A stretch of DNA of 64,000 nt from the NCBI GenBank assembly GCA_963804995.1, contig CAWDSK010000006.1:1792001-1856000 (forward strand). Reading direction: 5' to 3'. Positions 19,221 through 29,571 of the stretch are shown here, in pieces. Both the position numbers and the translations under genes were made by a program. Numbering within the stretch: the first letter of the stretch is position 1; the number at the start of each line of letters is the position of its first letter. The DNA comes from an uncultured Acidobacteriota bacterium (GTDB taxonomy: Bacteria; Acidobacteriota; Terriglobia; UBA7540). The notes under the pieces were generated by a model. That model saw only the letters and a program-made list of their open reading frames with translations. It searched no databases and was not told the DNA's origin.

Positions 19221-20285
19221 CTAGTTAACCTGTGAAATGGCTTTGGTTTCTTTGACTACAATTTCTTTCGGCAGTTTCGCGTAGCTCAGATTCTCCACCA
19301 TCCCCTGGCCGTCCTTCAGCATCCAGCGCAGAAAATCCGTGATGGCCTTCTTTTTGCCGGGATCGTCAATCTTACTGGGCACCAACAACCACGTGAAGGT
19401 GGAAATGGGGTAAGTTGCCTTCCCGGGCCCATCCGTGATGGAAACCCGGAAATCGTCCGGCATCGACTTCGCTGCCCCAGCCGCCGCGGCAGTGACGCTG
19501 TCCAAATTCGCCTTCACGAACACCCCCGCCGAATTTCGCACCTTGCCGTAGGCCATATTGTTCTGGACGGCGTAGATCAGCTCGACGTACCCAAAGGCGC
19601 CGGGCTGCTGCTTCACCAACCCCGCCACGCCCTCATTGCCTTTGCCGCCCAGTCCCACCGGCCAGTTGACGGCAGTGTTCTTGCCCACCTTGGTCTTCCA
19701 CTCTGGACTCACCTTGGAGAGATAATCAACCCAAACATAGGTCGTACCGCTGCCGTCCGACCGGTGCACCACAACAATGTCCAGGTCAGGCAGCTTCACG
19801 CCCGGGTTAGCGCTGGCGATGGCCTTATCGTTCCAATTGGTAATCTTTCCCAGGAAAATCCCGGCCAGTACGTCACCAGTAAAATTGAGCTCCTGGTTTG
19901 CTCCCGGAATGTTGTAAGTCGGGACAACCGCACCCATCACGGTCGGGAAGTGCAGGATTTTAATTTTGGCTTGACCCAACTGCTCGTCGGTCATGGGGCC
20001 GTCCGTGGCGCCGAAATCGACCGTGCCAGCCAGAACCTGCCGAATGCCGCCGCCCGAGCCAATCGATTGATAATTGAATTGCAGATCAGGATGAAGCTTG
20101 TGGTACTCGTCGAACCACTTGGAATAAATTGGGTACGGAAACGTTGCACCCGCTCCGTTAATCAGTGTCGCCGGAGCTGGTGCAGGCGCCGGGGCCGCCG
20201 AGGGAGAATTAACAAATGTGATCACTCCCGCAACCACCAGTACCGCGCCTAGAACAATACTTGTGATGGAACTTTTGAGATTCAT
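19221..20285 (-). CDS. pstS: Phosphate ABC transporter substrate-binding protein
   Basis: GAGATFPYP, YQSIGSGGG, HRSDGSGTT, GGKGNEGV. Confidence 0.97.
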   Translation of the reverse strand: MNLKSSITSIVLGAVLVVAGVITFVNSPSAAPAPAPAPATLINGAGATFPYPIYSKWFDEYHKLHPDLQFNYQSIGSGGGIRQVLAGTVDFGATDGPMTDEQLGQAKIKILHFPTVMGAVVPTYNIPGANQELNFTGDVLAGIFLGKITNWNDKAIASANPGVKLPDLDIVVVHRSDGSGTTYVWVDYLSKVSPEWKTKVGKNTAVNWPVGLGGKGNEGVAGLVKQQPGAFGYVELIYAVQNNMAYGKVRNSAGVFVKANLDSVTAAAAGAAKSMPDDFRVSITDGPGKATYPISTFTWLLVPSKIDDPGKKKAITDFLRWMLKDGQGMVENLSYAKLPKEIVVKETKAISQVN

Positions 20286-20321
20286 AGTTTGTTGCCTCCG
20301 CCGTTAGTGTGAGAAAACTGT

Positions 20322-20409
20322 GTTACGGCTGAATTAACCCTTGGTTATTCCTAGATTTAGCTGCATGGCAGATCAATATTGTTGGGCCTGTATGTTACAA
20401 ACAGATTAA
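20322..20409 (-). promoter_or_regulatory. Two Pho-box-like sites upstream of pstS
   Basis: TTAAT-N6-GTAAC on the minus strand at 20322-20337 and 20394-20409 (11-bp period). Confidence 0.5.
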
Positions 20410-20530
20410 AGATGTGTTGCGAGAGGATAAAGGGGTAGGAGAGGGGTAAATTTGTCCGATTTATTTGGGCGGCATCCCCGGGACATCGCAGACCCCAAAG
20501 AACGGGGGTCTGCGCCAGCCTTGTGGGGGG

Positions 20531-20796
20531 CTAACCCGCAATTCTCATCACGGCTTTGGAAGGGCGGGGTTTAATCCCCGTCGTTAAAGGCCCTTTCTGA
20601 TGGTTTCCGCGTCCGCCACGATCGAACCGCTTGTCGGGGCAAATTTCGGAGTGCGGGAGCTCGCTCCCGCTTTTTCTACCGCTGACTCGTCAGCGCTTAG
20701 TGATTCGCCGCGACGAGTCGCGGCGTCGGAAAGCGGCGACGAGTCGCCGCACTCCAAACTTCGGTTCGCTTGCCCGTGGTGAGAATTGCGGGCTAA
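20531..20796. mobile_element. MITE type D (CTAA TSD) carrying two REP types
   Basis: CTAA-CCCGCAATTCTCATCACGG ... CCGTGGTGAGAATTGCGGG-CTAA; interior GGAAGGGCGGGG hairpin and a GGAGTGCG...CGCACTCC doublet. Confidence 0.75.
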
Positions 20797-20871
20797 TGAA
20801 TAACTGGCAGGGGACAACAAACAACTGACAACTGGCCACGGACCACGGACAGCTCTTCCAACCCACCCGCC

Positions 20872-22461
20872 TCAATGCAACTGCCCAAGCTGATAATTGA
20901 GGACCGCGTTTTGGGTCTCGTAATCGTACTTGGCGCTGGTGTTGGCGATTTGCGCCTGGGTGAGGTTCAATTGCGCCTGCGAAAGTTCCACAATCGAACT
21001 GAGCCCCAGATTGTAGCGCCCTTGTGCGAGTTGGAACGCCAGGGTGGCCTGCTCCAATAATTGAGCGGTGACGTCAAGCCGCTGGAACGCCGTGCCGGCA
21101 TCCAGCCACGCGGTGCGCACGTCGCGGGCGATGCGGTCCACCAAGTCGCGTGTCTCCTGGTCCGCCGCCTTGGCGCGCAGGTTGGCCTCCTGATGGCGGG
21201 CGGAAAAGAGGAATCCATTAAAGATCGGGATATTCACGTTGATGCCCGCCGCTGCGTAGCGGTCGGTAAGCGGAGCTTGATAAGCCGGCGTAAGGCCAGC
21301 CGCACCCGCCGCGCTGATGGTGGGCATCCACAAATCGCGTTCGGCGCGGGCATAACGCAGGGCGGCCTCTTCGCTGAAGCGGGCGCTCTGTAGGTCCGGC
21401 CGATTCTGCAGAGCCTGCGCGACGAGGTCCGTGGGGTCAGGGGGAGGCGCCGAGGGCATGGGTTCATCCACGAGGTTAAAGGGCTGAGGGGCGGCAAGCC
21501 CGAGGGCAGTGGCCAGATCCGCATAAGCCGCTTTTTCGTCGTTCTGCGCCTGGACCAGCAGCAGTTGCGCCTGCGCCAAATTTACCTTGGCGAAGCTGAC
21601 GTCCAGAAGAGACTTCAGCTTGTTCTTTTCGAGCGTGGTCACCTGCTCTGCCAGAATCTGGCGCGCCTTGACGGTCTCCTCCGCCACCTTGAGGACAGCC
21701 TCCGCGCGCAAGACGCCGAAGTAGGAGCGATTGACGCCCAGCAGCACATCCTGTTCAGTTTGCTTGGCGCTCAGGGAAGCGGCCTGCGCTCCCAGCCGGG
21801 CTGAGCCCACCAGGTTGGAAGTGCGCCCGAAGTCCGTAATGAGCTGGTTGACCATGAGACCGTTCGAATAACGGTTTAGGACGTTTGGGTCGTTCAGGAA
21901 GCCCGCGGCGATGCGGCTATTGGACATGGCCCCGGCCCCCGTCAAGCTGCCGTTGGCGGTCGGCAAGTAGGCGGATTTTGCTTCACGCGTCACTTGCTCA
22001 GCCGCCTGCGCATTGAAGGTGGCGGCCTGCAACACGGGATGATTCCGCAACGCCATCGCCTCCGCATCTTTCAAGGAAAGGTTGGGTGTTTGGGGTGGCG
22101 CAGCCAGAGCTGGGGCCATCACGAGCATCCCCAAAGTCACGGAGAAGACACGGAGAAAAAACTGTAGATCAACAGAATAGGGAATCGTAATTCCTAACCG
22201 CTTAACTCGAAGCGCTTTTCTCTGTGGTCTCTGTGCGCTCTGTGGTGAGTCTTTTCTCCGCGGCACGAGAAGGAAGGATTTCACCACAGAGGCCACAGAG
22301 GTCACAGAGAAGACACGGAGAAAAAACTGTAGATCAACAGAATAGGGAACCGTAATTCCTAACCGCTTAACTCGAAGCGCTTTTCTCTGTGGTCTCTGTG
22401 CTCTCTGTGGTGAGTCTTTTCTCTGCGGCACGAGATGAATTAATGTGAGAACATTTCTCAT
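20872..22461 (-). CDS. TolC family outer membrane efflux protein
   Basis: LSLKDAEAMALRNHP, RYNLGLSSIVELSQAQL; ATGA overlap with the upstream permease. Confidence 0.9.
   Translation of the reverse strand: MRNVLTLIHLVPQRKDSPQRAQRPQRKALRVKRLGITVPYSVDLQFFLRVFSVTSVASVVKSFLLVPRRKDSPQSAQRPQRKALRVKRLGITIPYSVDLQFFLRVFSVTLGMLVMAPALAAPPQTPNLSLKDAEAMALRNHPVLQAATFNAQAAEQVTREAKSAYLPTANGSLTGAGAMSNSRIAAGFLNDPNVLNRYSNGLMVNQLITDFGRTSNLVGSARLGAQAASLSAKQTEQDVLLGVNRSYFGVLRAEAVLKVAEETVKARQILAEQVTTLEKNKLKSLLDVSFAKVNLAQAQLLLVQAQNDEKAAYADLATALGLAAPQPFNLVDEPMPSAPPPDPTDLVAQALQNRPDLQSARFSEEAALRYARAERDLWMPTISAAGAAGLTPAYQAPLTDRYAAAGINVNIPIFNGFLFSARHQEANLRAKAADQETRDLVDRIARDVRTAWLDAGTAFQRLDVTAQLLEQATLAFQLAQGRYNLGLSSIVELSQAQLNLTQAQIANTSAKYDYETQNAVLNYQLGQLH
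22136..22435. repeat. 165-bp-period duplication of a TTCACCACAGAG...CTCTGTGGTGA palindromic element, in-frame in the TolC gene
   Basis: 22136-22270 is near-identical to 22301-22435. Confidence 0.88.
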
Positions 22462-25400
22462 TCCCCAACCTCCTTGGGACCCAATGCCGGGCTTGCCTGC
22501 CGCCGGCCGTACACCAGCAGATAGGCGGCGGGAACAATAAAAATCGTCAACAGCACGGACGAAGTCAGGCCGCCGATAATGGCGCGCGCCATGGGTGTGT
22601 ACTGTTCGGCCCCCGTCCCCAATTTCATGGCCATGGGAATCATTCCGATGATGGTGGCGAGTGAAGTCATCAGGATGGGCCGCAGGCGCACGCGGCAGGC
22701 CGTAATCACGGCATCAGCGGGCGACATCCCTTGCGTCTCCAGGTTATGCGCGAAGTCCACAATCAGGATGCTGTTGGAATCGGCGATGCCCACCAGCATC
22801 AACACTCCCATCAGCGACATCACGTTCAGCGTGCTGTGGGTGAGCGGCAGGATAATCAGCACTCCCACAAAGCCCATAGGAATGGCCAGCATGATCAGGA
22901 AGGGGTCGACGAAGGAACGAAACTGCGCTACCAGGATGAGATACAGCAGCATGAAAGAGAGCAGGAAGCCCAGCCCGAAACTCTTGAAGGAGGCTTCCAT
23001 GCCATTCACCATGCCGCGCAGATTAACCCGCACGTTGCCCGGGATATCGGTCTTGCGCAGGATGCCCCGTATTTCATCGGTGAGTTTCCCCAGATCCTCT
23101 CCCTTGGGGGTCACATACACATCCGAAACCCGCTGAATCTGGTAATGGTCTACTTCCGTGGGCGACTGCAGCGGGGTGAGTTTCACGACGCTGTCGAGCG
23201 TCGTAGGCTCTTTCAGGTTAGGCGCCCGCAGCGGAATATTCTTCAGGTCCGCGGGGTTGTGAATCGCTGCTGACCCGTTCTCGAAGTATTGCACGGTCAG
23301 GAAGTAGTCATTGCCGGTTTTCCGGTCCACCCAGTAGTTGGGCGCAATCATCAGGTTGGAATTAAGGGCGGTGATGACATTGTCCACCACATCCTTCTGA
23401 CTCAGCCCCAACTCCCCGGCGTGTACGCGGTCCACATCCAAACGCAGCGCGGGATAGTTCATATCCTGCGGAATATAGACTTCGCCCACGCCCCGCAAAC
23501 CGCGGATCTGCCGGGCCAGGTCCTCCGCGATCCCATAGCTCTGCTCCAATCTCGAACTGCTCACCTGCACATCGATGGGCGCCGGCATTCCCATATTCAA
23601 AATCGCATCCACCATGGAGCCGCTGGAGAAGAACGTGCGAATCTCCGGATCGTGCTCCCTCAACTCCTCCTGCAACTTCTCCATATAATCGAAACTGCTG
23701 CGCCGGTGGTCATCCTGTAACTGCACTTGCACGGTAGCCGTGTATTCCCCGGCGTTGGTGGTATAGAGCGAGGAGAAATCCGGTGTCACGCCGATGTTCG
23801 AGACCACCAGCTTGAAGTCCTGGGGATCCACGGTCTTCCGGATCAGGTTCTCCACCTTGGCCACGTACTGCTCGGTCACTTCTATGCGCGTGCCGGTGGG
23901 GGCCTTCAGGTTGATGGTGAATTGCCCCGCATCGGTGCGCGGGAAGAAGGCCAAGCCCAGAAAGGGGTAGATGGCCAGGCTGGCCAGGAACACTCCCGCC
24001 AGGAGCGCGACGGTGCGCCCCGGATGCACCAGCGCCCGCCGCACCCAAGACTCGTAGAAATCCAGAAGCTTGTTGAATTGCCGGTTAAATCCGGCATTAA
24101 ACCTCTCCCACCGGGAACGGTCGGCCGGCGTGGTCGGCTCAATTTCGTACTCGCCTTCTTTCTTCCCCTCGGCGTGCGGCACCTGCTTCAAGAAACGCGA
24201 GCAGAACAGCGGAATTACCGTCATCGCCACCACAAAAGATGCGAGGAGCGACAGGCAGAAAGCCAGAGCCAGCGCGGAGAAGAGAAATTTGCTGACGCCA
24301 TAGAGAAACACCACGGGGAGAAAATCTCCCAACGTCCACCAGGGTTGCGGCGAGGACGGCCAGATTCACTTCCGCCCCTCCCACCTCCGCCGCCACCATG
24401 GGTAAGGCGCCCATCTCCAAATGGCGATAGATGTTTTCGAGCGAGATCACGGAATTATCGATGACACGTGAAAAAGCGAGCGCCAGTCCCCCCAGAATCA
24501 TGGTGTTCACGGTGCTGCCCATCAGATTCAGCGCCACAAACATGGTCAGGGCGGAAAGTGGAATGGAAAGCAAAACCGCTGTGGTGGCGCGAAAACTGCC
24601 GAGAAAAACCAGAATCATGATGCTGGTGAGCAGCAGTCCCAGCAGGCCCTCATGCAGCACGGTGTGGATCGCTTCCTTGACGTACACGGATTGATCGAAC
24701 ACTAGGGTGGCCGTCATCTGCTTGGGAATGTCAAACAGGTGGCCGAGCAGCGCCCGTACTCCGTCCACCACCTCGATGGTGTTGGTATCGCCCCCTTGCT
24801 TCATGATGGGGATGTAACTGGAGCGCTGGCCGTCTACCCGCACCACGTTGTACTGAATTTGATTGGCGTCTTCGGCGTGCCCCACGTCTCCCACCGTAAC
24901 CCAGGAGGTCCCCACCGTCTTGATGGGGATACTGTTCAAGTCCTTCACCTGGTCCACCAGGCTATTGGAATAAACGTAGAAGTCGGTAGGGCCCATCTTC
25001 ACATCCCCGGCGGGCAGAATCAGGTTCGATTGGTTCACCGCATCCACCACGTCCATGGGAGTCATCTGGCGTGAAAAGAGCTTGTAGGGGTCCACGTACA
25101 CCATGGCCTGCCGGTATTTCCCGCCAAAGGGCGGCGGTATCGTTGCCCCCTTCACCACCGCAATCTGGTTGCGGATGGCAAACTGGGCAAAGTCGTGAAG
25201 TTGGGTTTCGTTGAGCCCCTCTCCTTTCACCGTCACCAGGCAAACGGGGAGGCTGGAGGCATCGAACTTCAGCACCACGGGCGGCAGGGTGCCGGGCGGC
25301 AGGCGCTTCAGGTCGGCGAGGGCGAGGTTCGAGAGTTCCGTCACATCCGCGTCGGCGTTCGTCCCGGGCTGGAAATAGACCTTGATGATGCTGACGCCCA

Positions 25401-25650
25401 ACATCGAACGCGACTCCATGTGGTCGATACCGCTGGCCATGGTGAAAAAGCGCTCAAGGGGGTTGGTGATGTCGATTTCGATATCCTGCGGAGGCATGCC
25501 GGAGTAAAACGTCGCCACCACCACCTCGGGGATATTGATGGGGGGGAAAAGGTCCACCGGCATGCGCGCCACACTGGTCACACCCAGGAGCAGCAGCACC
25601 AGACAGCAGACGATGATGAAATACGGGTTGCGGATTGAAAATCTTGGCAT
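22458..25650 (-). pseudogene. RND efflux permease (AcrB/CzcA family), frameshifted near 24328
   Basis: MPVDLFPPI, IDNSVISLENI, RLRPILMT; split into ORFs 24139-25650 and 22458-24332. Confidence 0.88.
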
Positions 25651-25680
25651 AGGACTTCCACCCTCACCTTTTGAGGAGTA

Positions 25681-25740
25681 GCTTTCAGTTTTCAGCTGTC
25701 AGCTATCAGCTATCAGCTTTCAGCTCTCAGCTATCAGCTC
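25681..25740. repeat. Heptamer tandem array (TCAGCTN)
   Basis: tcagctg tcagcta tcagcta tcagctt tcagctc tcagcta. Confidence 0.8.
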
Positions 25741-25836
25741 TTTGTTGGACCGCCCTGAAGCGGGGGCCTAACCCCGCCCAGGCCAGCGGCCCACCAGCGT
25801 TAACCAATGTCCACGAAGTCCCTGGACACTACCCTA

Positions 25837-26149
25837 GCCCTCTCCGAGGGGAGAGGGTGGACCGCGGCCAGCGCTTTCACCAACTGGCGCGGGACGGGTG
25901 AGGGGTCACTTCGTCAGCTTCGCCCCACCTGAAGCATCACCCGGCCACGCAGCGCCAACCCGTTCGGAATTCGCAACAATCCCTACGGAGGGAAACCGCG
26001 TGTAATCGTCTCTTGCCGCGTCTTTCCGTCTCCGAATCGGCCGTGAGCGAATACGGCTCAATTCCTCGCACGGAATAACCCCTCACCCGTCGCGCTTCCC
26101 GATCAAGTGCATCGGGACAGCGCGCCACCCTCTCCCCTCGGAGAGGGCT
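25837..26149 (-). pseudogene. Decayed REP-DUF559-REP cassette
   Basis: REPs at 25837-25905 and 26078-26149, oriented as around the intact gene; the interior translates to IRSRPIRRRKDAARDDYTR / GLLRIPNGLAL. Confidence 0.65.
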
Positions 26150-26220
26150 ATGAGTTCAGACTTACGTCAGCCCTGGGTTTCGCCTATCCCGACTCTGTCG
26201 GGACTCGCACAAAGCGCTCG

Positions 26221-26381
26221 CTGCCTACTGCTTTCTGCCTACCGCCTACTGCTTTCCGCCTTCTGCCATCCGCCTTCCGCCTTCTGCCATCCGCCTTCTG
26301 CCTACCGCTTACTGCTTTCCGCCTTCTGCCTTCCGCCTTCTGCCTTCTGCTTTCTGCCTTCCGCCTTCCGCCTTCTGCTTT
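26221..26381. repeat. Heptamer tandem array (CYGCYTW), about 23 units
   Basis: ctgccta ctgcttt ccgcctt ... directly after the adaptor gene stop. Confidence 0.9.
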
Positions 26382-26386
26382 CCCCC

Positions 26387-27916
26387 CTACTGCCCCACCC
26401 CGTGGTACTGCAGCATCTCAACAACCTGCGGACGCACTTCCTGGCCCGGCTTAAGACCGCTGCGGTCGCTCACAACCACCTCATCGCCCTCCGCGAGACC
26501 GGAAACAACTTCCGCATCGGTCGAGGTTTCAAGTCCCACCGTTACGACTCGAAGCTCAACCTTGCCGGCGGAATTCACCACATCCACGGTGGTCTGGCTG
26601 CCCTCACGGCTCACCGCCTCCAAAGGCACCACCAGCACGTTATCTTTCGCTTCCAGGGTTAGCGTGGTTTCCGCATACATTCCCGGCATCAAGAGCCGGT
26701 CGGAGTTGGGAACGTCGACCTCGGTGTGCATGGTGCGCGTGCCCTCCTGCACGTCCATGGAAAAACGGGCCACTTTGCCGGGAAAAGTACGGTTGAGAGC
26801 CGGCACCCGGACCTGGACGGCGTCTCCCACCCGGATGTAGCGCACCGAGGACTCGGGAACCGGGATAACCAATCGATACAAATCATCCTGGGATAATTTG
26901 ACCAGGGGCATGGCCTGGGTGCTGGAGCTCGTGCCCGCCTGCATCAAGGTTCCCAGGTTGGCGTAACGCTCGGTCACCACACCTGCGAACGGCGCGGTGA
27001 TGCGCGCGTAGTCGAACAGCGCCTGGTCGTGAACCAGTCTGGACCTATTCACCAGGAGCTGGCTTTCGGCGGCCGCCAGAGCTGACTCACCCGCGTCCAC
27101 CTGCGACGCTGCCGCCAGGTCTTTGCCCTGGGCATCGTCAACTTCCTGCTGCGCCACCAGGCCGGGCTGGCTTTCGAAGACGCTATTCAAGCGGGTAAAT
27201 TCGAGGTGAAGCACCCTGTACTGCGCCTGATACCGTTTCAGTTGGTGCTGGGCGCGGGAAACTTCGTCCGTGGCATTCTTGATGGAGGCCTGGTCCGTTT
27301 GCAATTGCGCCTCGAGCTCCGGTATTTCCAGCGTGGCCATCAGTTGACCCGCTTGCACGCGGCTGCCGTAATCGACGTACAACTTTTTGACGAACCCTGA
27401 CTCTTTCGCGTAAACGTCGATTTCCTGAAAGGGAACGAGCTCCGAGGAAAGCGTAATCTGCCGCTGCAAAGATTTCCGGGCTACTTTCGTCACCCCCACC
27501 GTGAGGACTGACTGGGACTCGCCCTTGGCTCGAACTTTTGTGCAGGAGGGGAGAAACACAAGTAAGATGGCGGCGAGGGCGACGGCTGCCCTGCGGCTAA
27601 AACTCCAATCAAGATTCGCTAAGCGCCAACTTCTTCTAAGCCTGCAAAAAATGGATTCACCACAGAGTACACAGAGACCACAGAGAAAAGAACTTATGTT
27701 TGCAGGGCCAGGGATAACGCTTCCTTCTTTTGAGACCCGCAGTTCTTTCTCCACATTCTCTCTGTGTCCTCCGTGTCCTCTGTGGTGAAATCTTTTTTGG
27801 GTTGCGGCCCGGTCGCGCCAGGTTAAATCTTTTCCGCCCACTGCGGCCAGAGAGAAAAGCCTTCCGGCAGTCCGTGGGAATCCGGCGCTACCAGGGAATC
27901 TCATTGTCTTAGTCAT
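26387..27916 (-). CDS. RND efflux periplasmic adaptor (MFP) subunit
   Basis: Lipobox LPSC, VYAKESGFV, ITAPFAGVVT, GLAEGDEVV; ATGA overlap with the upstream gene. Confidence 0.9.
   Translation of the reverse strand: MTKTMRFPGSAGFPRTAGRLFSLAAVGGKDLTWRDRAATQKRFHHRGHGGHRENVEKELRVSKEGSVIPGPANISSFLCGLCVLCGESIFCRLRRSWRLANLDWSFSRRAAVALAAILLVFLPSCTKVRAKGESQSVLTVGVTKVARKSLQRQITLSSELVPFQEIDVYAKESGFVKKLYVDYGSRVQAGQLMATLEIPELEAQLQTDQASIKNATDEVSRAQHQLKRYQAQYRVLHLEFTRLNSVFESQPGLVAQQEVDDAQGKDLAAASQVDAGESALAAAESQLLVNRSRLVHDQALFDYARITAPFAGVVTERYANLGTLMQAGTSSSTQAMPLVKLSQDDLYRLVIPVPESSVRYIRVGDAVQVRVPALNRTFPGKVARFSMDVQEGTRTMHTEVDVPNSDRLLMPGMYAETTLTLEAKDNVLVVPLEAVSREGSQTTVDVVNSAGKVELRVVTVGLETSTDAEVVSGLAEGDEVVVSDRSGLKPGQEVRPQVVEMLQYHGVGQ
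27654..27792. repeat. TTCACCACAGAG...CTCTGTGGTGAA palindromic element, in-frame in the adaptor gene
   Basis: Same family as 22279-22415. Confidence 0.82.
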
Positions 27917-28653
27917 CGTTTCCACTCTTTTGCTCCATCCCGAAGGTGATCCGCATTAAAATCGAGTAAATCCTTTAGCGCCGCGCTGAGTTCCGCGGGC
28001 GTGGCGCCCGGCTTTTTCGATAAATCAATAACCTGCTGCTTCATCTCCGCGATCTTGCCGGCCACCGCGGGGAGGTCGGGCATGAGATGCTGTGGAACGG
28101 TAACAATGCCGTGCCGGTCGCCGTGAATTAATTCACCGGGCTGAATCGCGAGGCCCCCCACCTCCACGGGTCCGCCGAATTCCACCACGTGAATATAGGC
28201 TCGGGAGATAGCCAAACGCCCCGCGAAAACCTGAAAACCGGCGGCTTCGATGCCGGGCAACTCGCGCGCCGCTCCGTTGGTGACCACTCCCACACAGCCC
28301 ATGGCCGTCAGGATATTGGCGTGCACCTTGCCGAAGAACGCGCCGGTGCCGGGTGGGTCGTCAATGTCTTGCATCACCACTACGCGCGGCGCGGGAATTC
28401 CGCCAATGTGCTCCCACCAGTCGGTCCGTTCCTCGTAGCGGCTGCCCACGATGGGGGGATCCGCGGAACGAACTTTGCACGTAGCCGCGTAGCCTACCAT
28501 GGGAGGCAGGCTTTTGAAGAGACAGCGAAAGCCTCCGGTGGCAATCCCTTCGTTGCGCAAACGGACGCCGAAGCTTTCAATGGCATCCGCCATGACACAA
28601 GTGTCGATGGCCTGGAGCTGCTGGATTTGCTCGGCGGTCAAAGGACTGTGCAC
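27913..28653 (-). CDS. RraA / HMG-aldolase family protein
   Basis: DTCVMADAIE, PMVGYAAT, VTNGAARE, PGELIHGDRHG; start approximate. Confidence 0.88.
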   Translation of the reverse strand: MHSPLTAEQIQQLQAIDTCVMADAIESFGVRLRNEGIATGGFRCLFKSLPPMVGYAATCKVRSADPPIVGSRYEERTDWWEHIGGIPAPRVVVMQDIDDPPGTGAFFGKVHANILTAMGCVGVVTNGAARELPGIEAAGFQVFAGRLAISRAYIHVVEFGGPVEVGGLAIQPGELIHGDRHGIVTVPQHLMPDLPAVAGKIAEMKQQVIDLSKKPGATPAELSAALKDLLDFNADHLRDGAKEWKR

Positions 28654-28904
28654 GACCCTACCCCCTCGAAGGAAGTCGAAAATCCGCCACGGAACCCCGG
28701 GCACTGACTGGTGACAACTGACACAATGTCAACAACGCCCTCAACGGTGAGCGCCCCCCGAGTGTCGGCGCGGGGTGTCCCACTTGTTGCCTTCCGCGGG
28801 GCATAGCGAGCGAGGTCCCACTTAAAACTGGAGGCGCTGGCGAAATTCACCCCGTGAAAAAAGCCAGAAGTTGGAAATCTCCTTGCCCCCATTAAGGAAC
28901 GGAA

Positions 28905-29243
28905 TTAACCAAGAGCCGGTGGAGATCGAAAATGGCGGATTTGTTCGACAAGGGAAAGAACCGGAGGGATTGTTTCTTCGCGCGGGAAATAGATCGAGAG
29001 GAGTGAGGCCGGCGAATCTTTCGGAGCAGGTTGGCGCGTGTGGGCCTCAGCAGTCACGCGCAGCTTGCAGATTTCCTGCGCCTCCGACTTGGTCATGTGA
29101 CCAGACTTCCAGAGGTGCCACGGTCCGGTCGACACGTGGAGGCAGGGCCTTCGAGTGGCCGTCGAAAGCACCACCACCCCAGCCAGTAAGAGCAGAATAC
29201 TGACCGCCAAAAAACGTCGAGAGCGCAGGACGATTCGCGTCAT
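28905..29243 (-). CDS. Small membrane-anchored protein ending HFRSPPALG (candidate arrest-peptide leader)
   Basis: N-terminal hydrophobic segment; C-terminal RxPP. Confidence 0.6.
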   Translation of the reverse strand: MTRIVLRSRRFLAVSILLLLAGVVVLSTATRRPCLHVSTGPWHLWKSGHMTKSEAQEICKLRVTAEAHTRQPAPKDSPASLLSIYFPREETIPPVLSLVEQIRHFRSPPALG

Positions 29244-29571
29244 GCTTTCAAAGAGGAATGCCAAAGGTGCCCCAGAACTTTCAACCTTTATAATGCCACT
29301 TAACTCGCCGTCCGGCAACACACTTCGGAATGAAACAGCGAAATCCCTCGCAGCTCAAGCGTTGCGGTTATGCTCCCGACGTGTGTCCATAGCATGCCTA
29401 TTGATTAGAAACACATTGAGTCCAAGAAGATGCCTGAGGGGAAATTCCCAGGGTGCGGGCGCGCTGAAAAGGTTCTTCGGATTTAGGAGGAATCAGCATT
29501 CACTTCAGTGTGAGCCGAGACCCACACTGAAGTGATGCTGTGTTTGACCCAATGACCCCGCGAGGGGCTGC

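Noticed and set aside
22136..26381. Repeat clusters as a CRISPR array
   Set aside because: No constant repeats separated by unique spacers of uniform length; no cas genes
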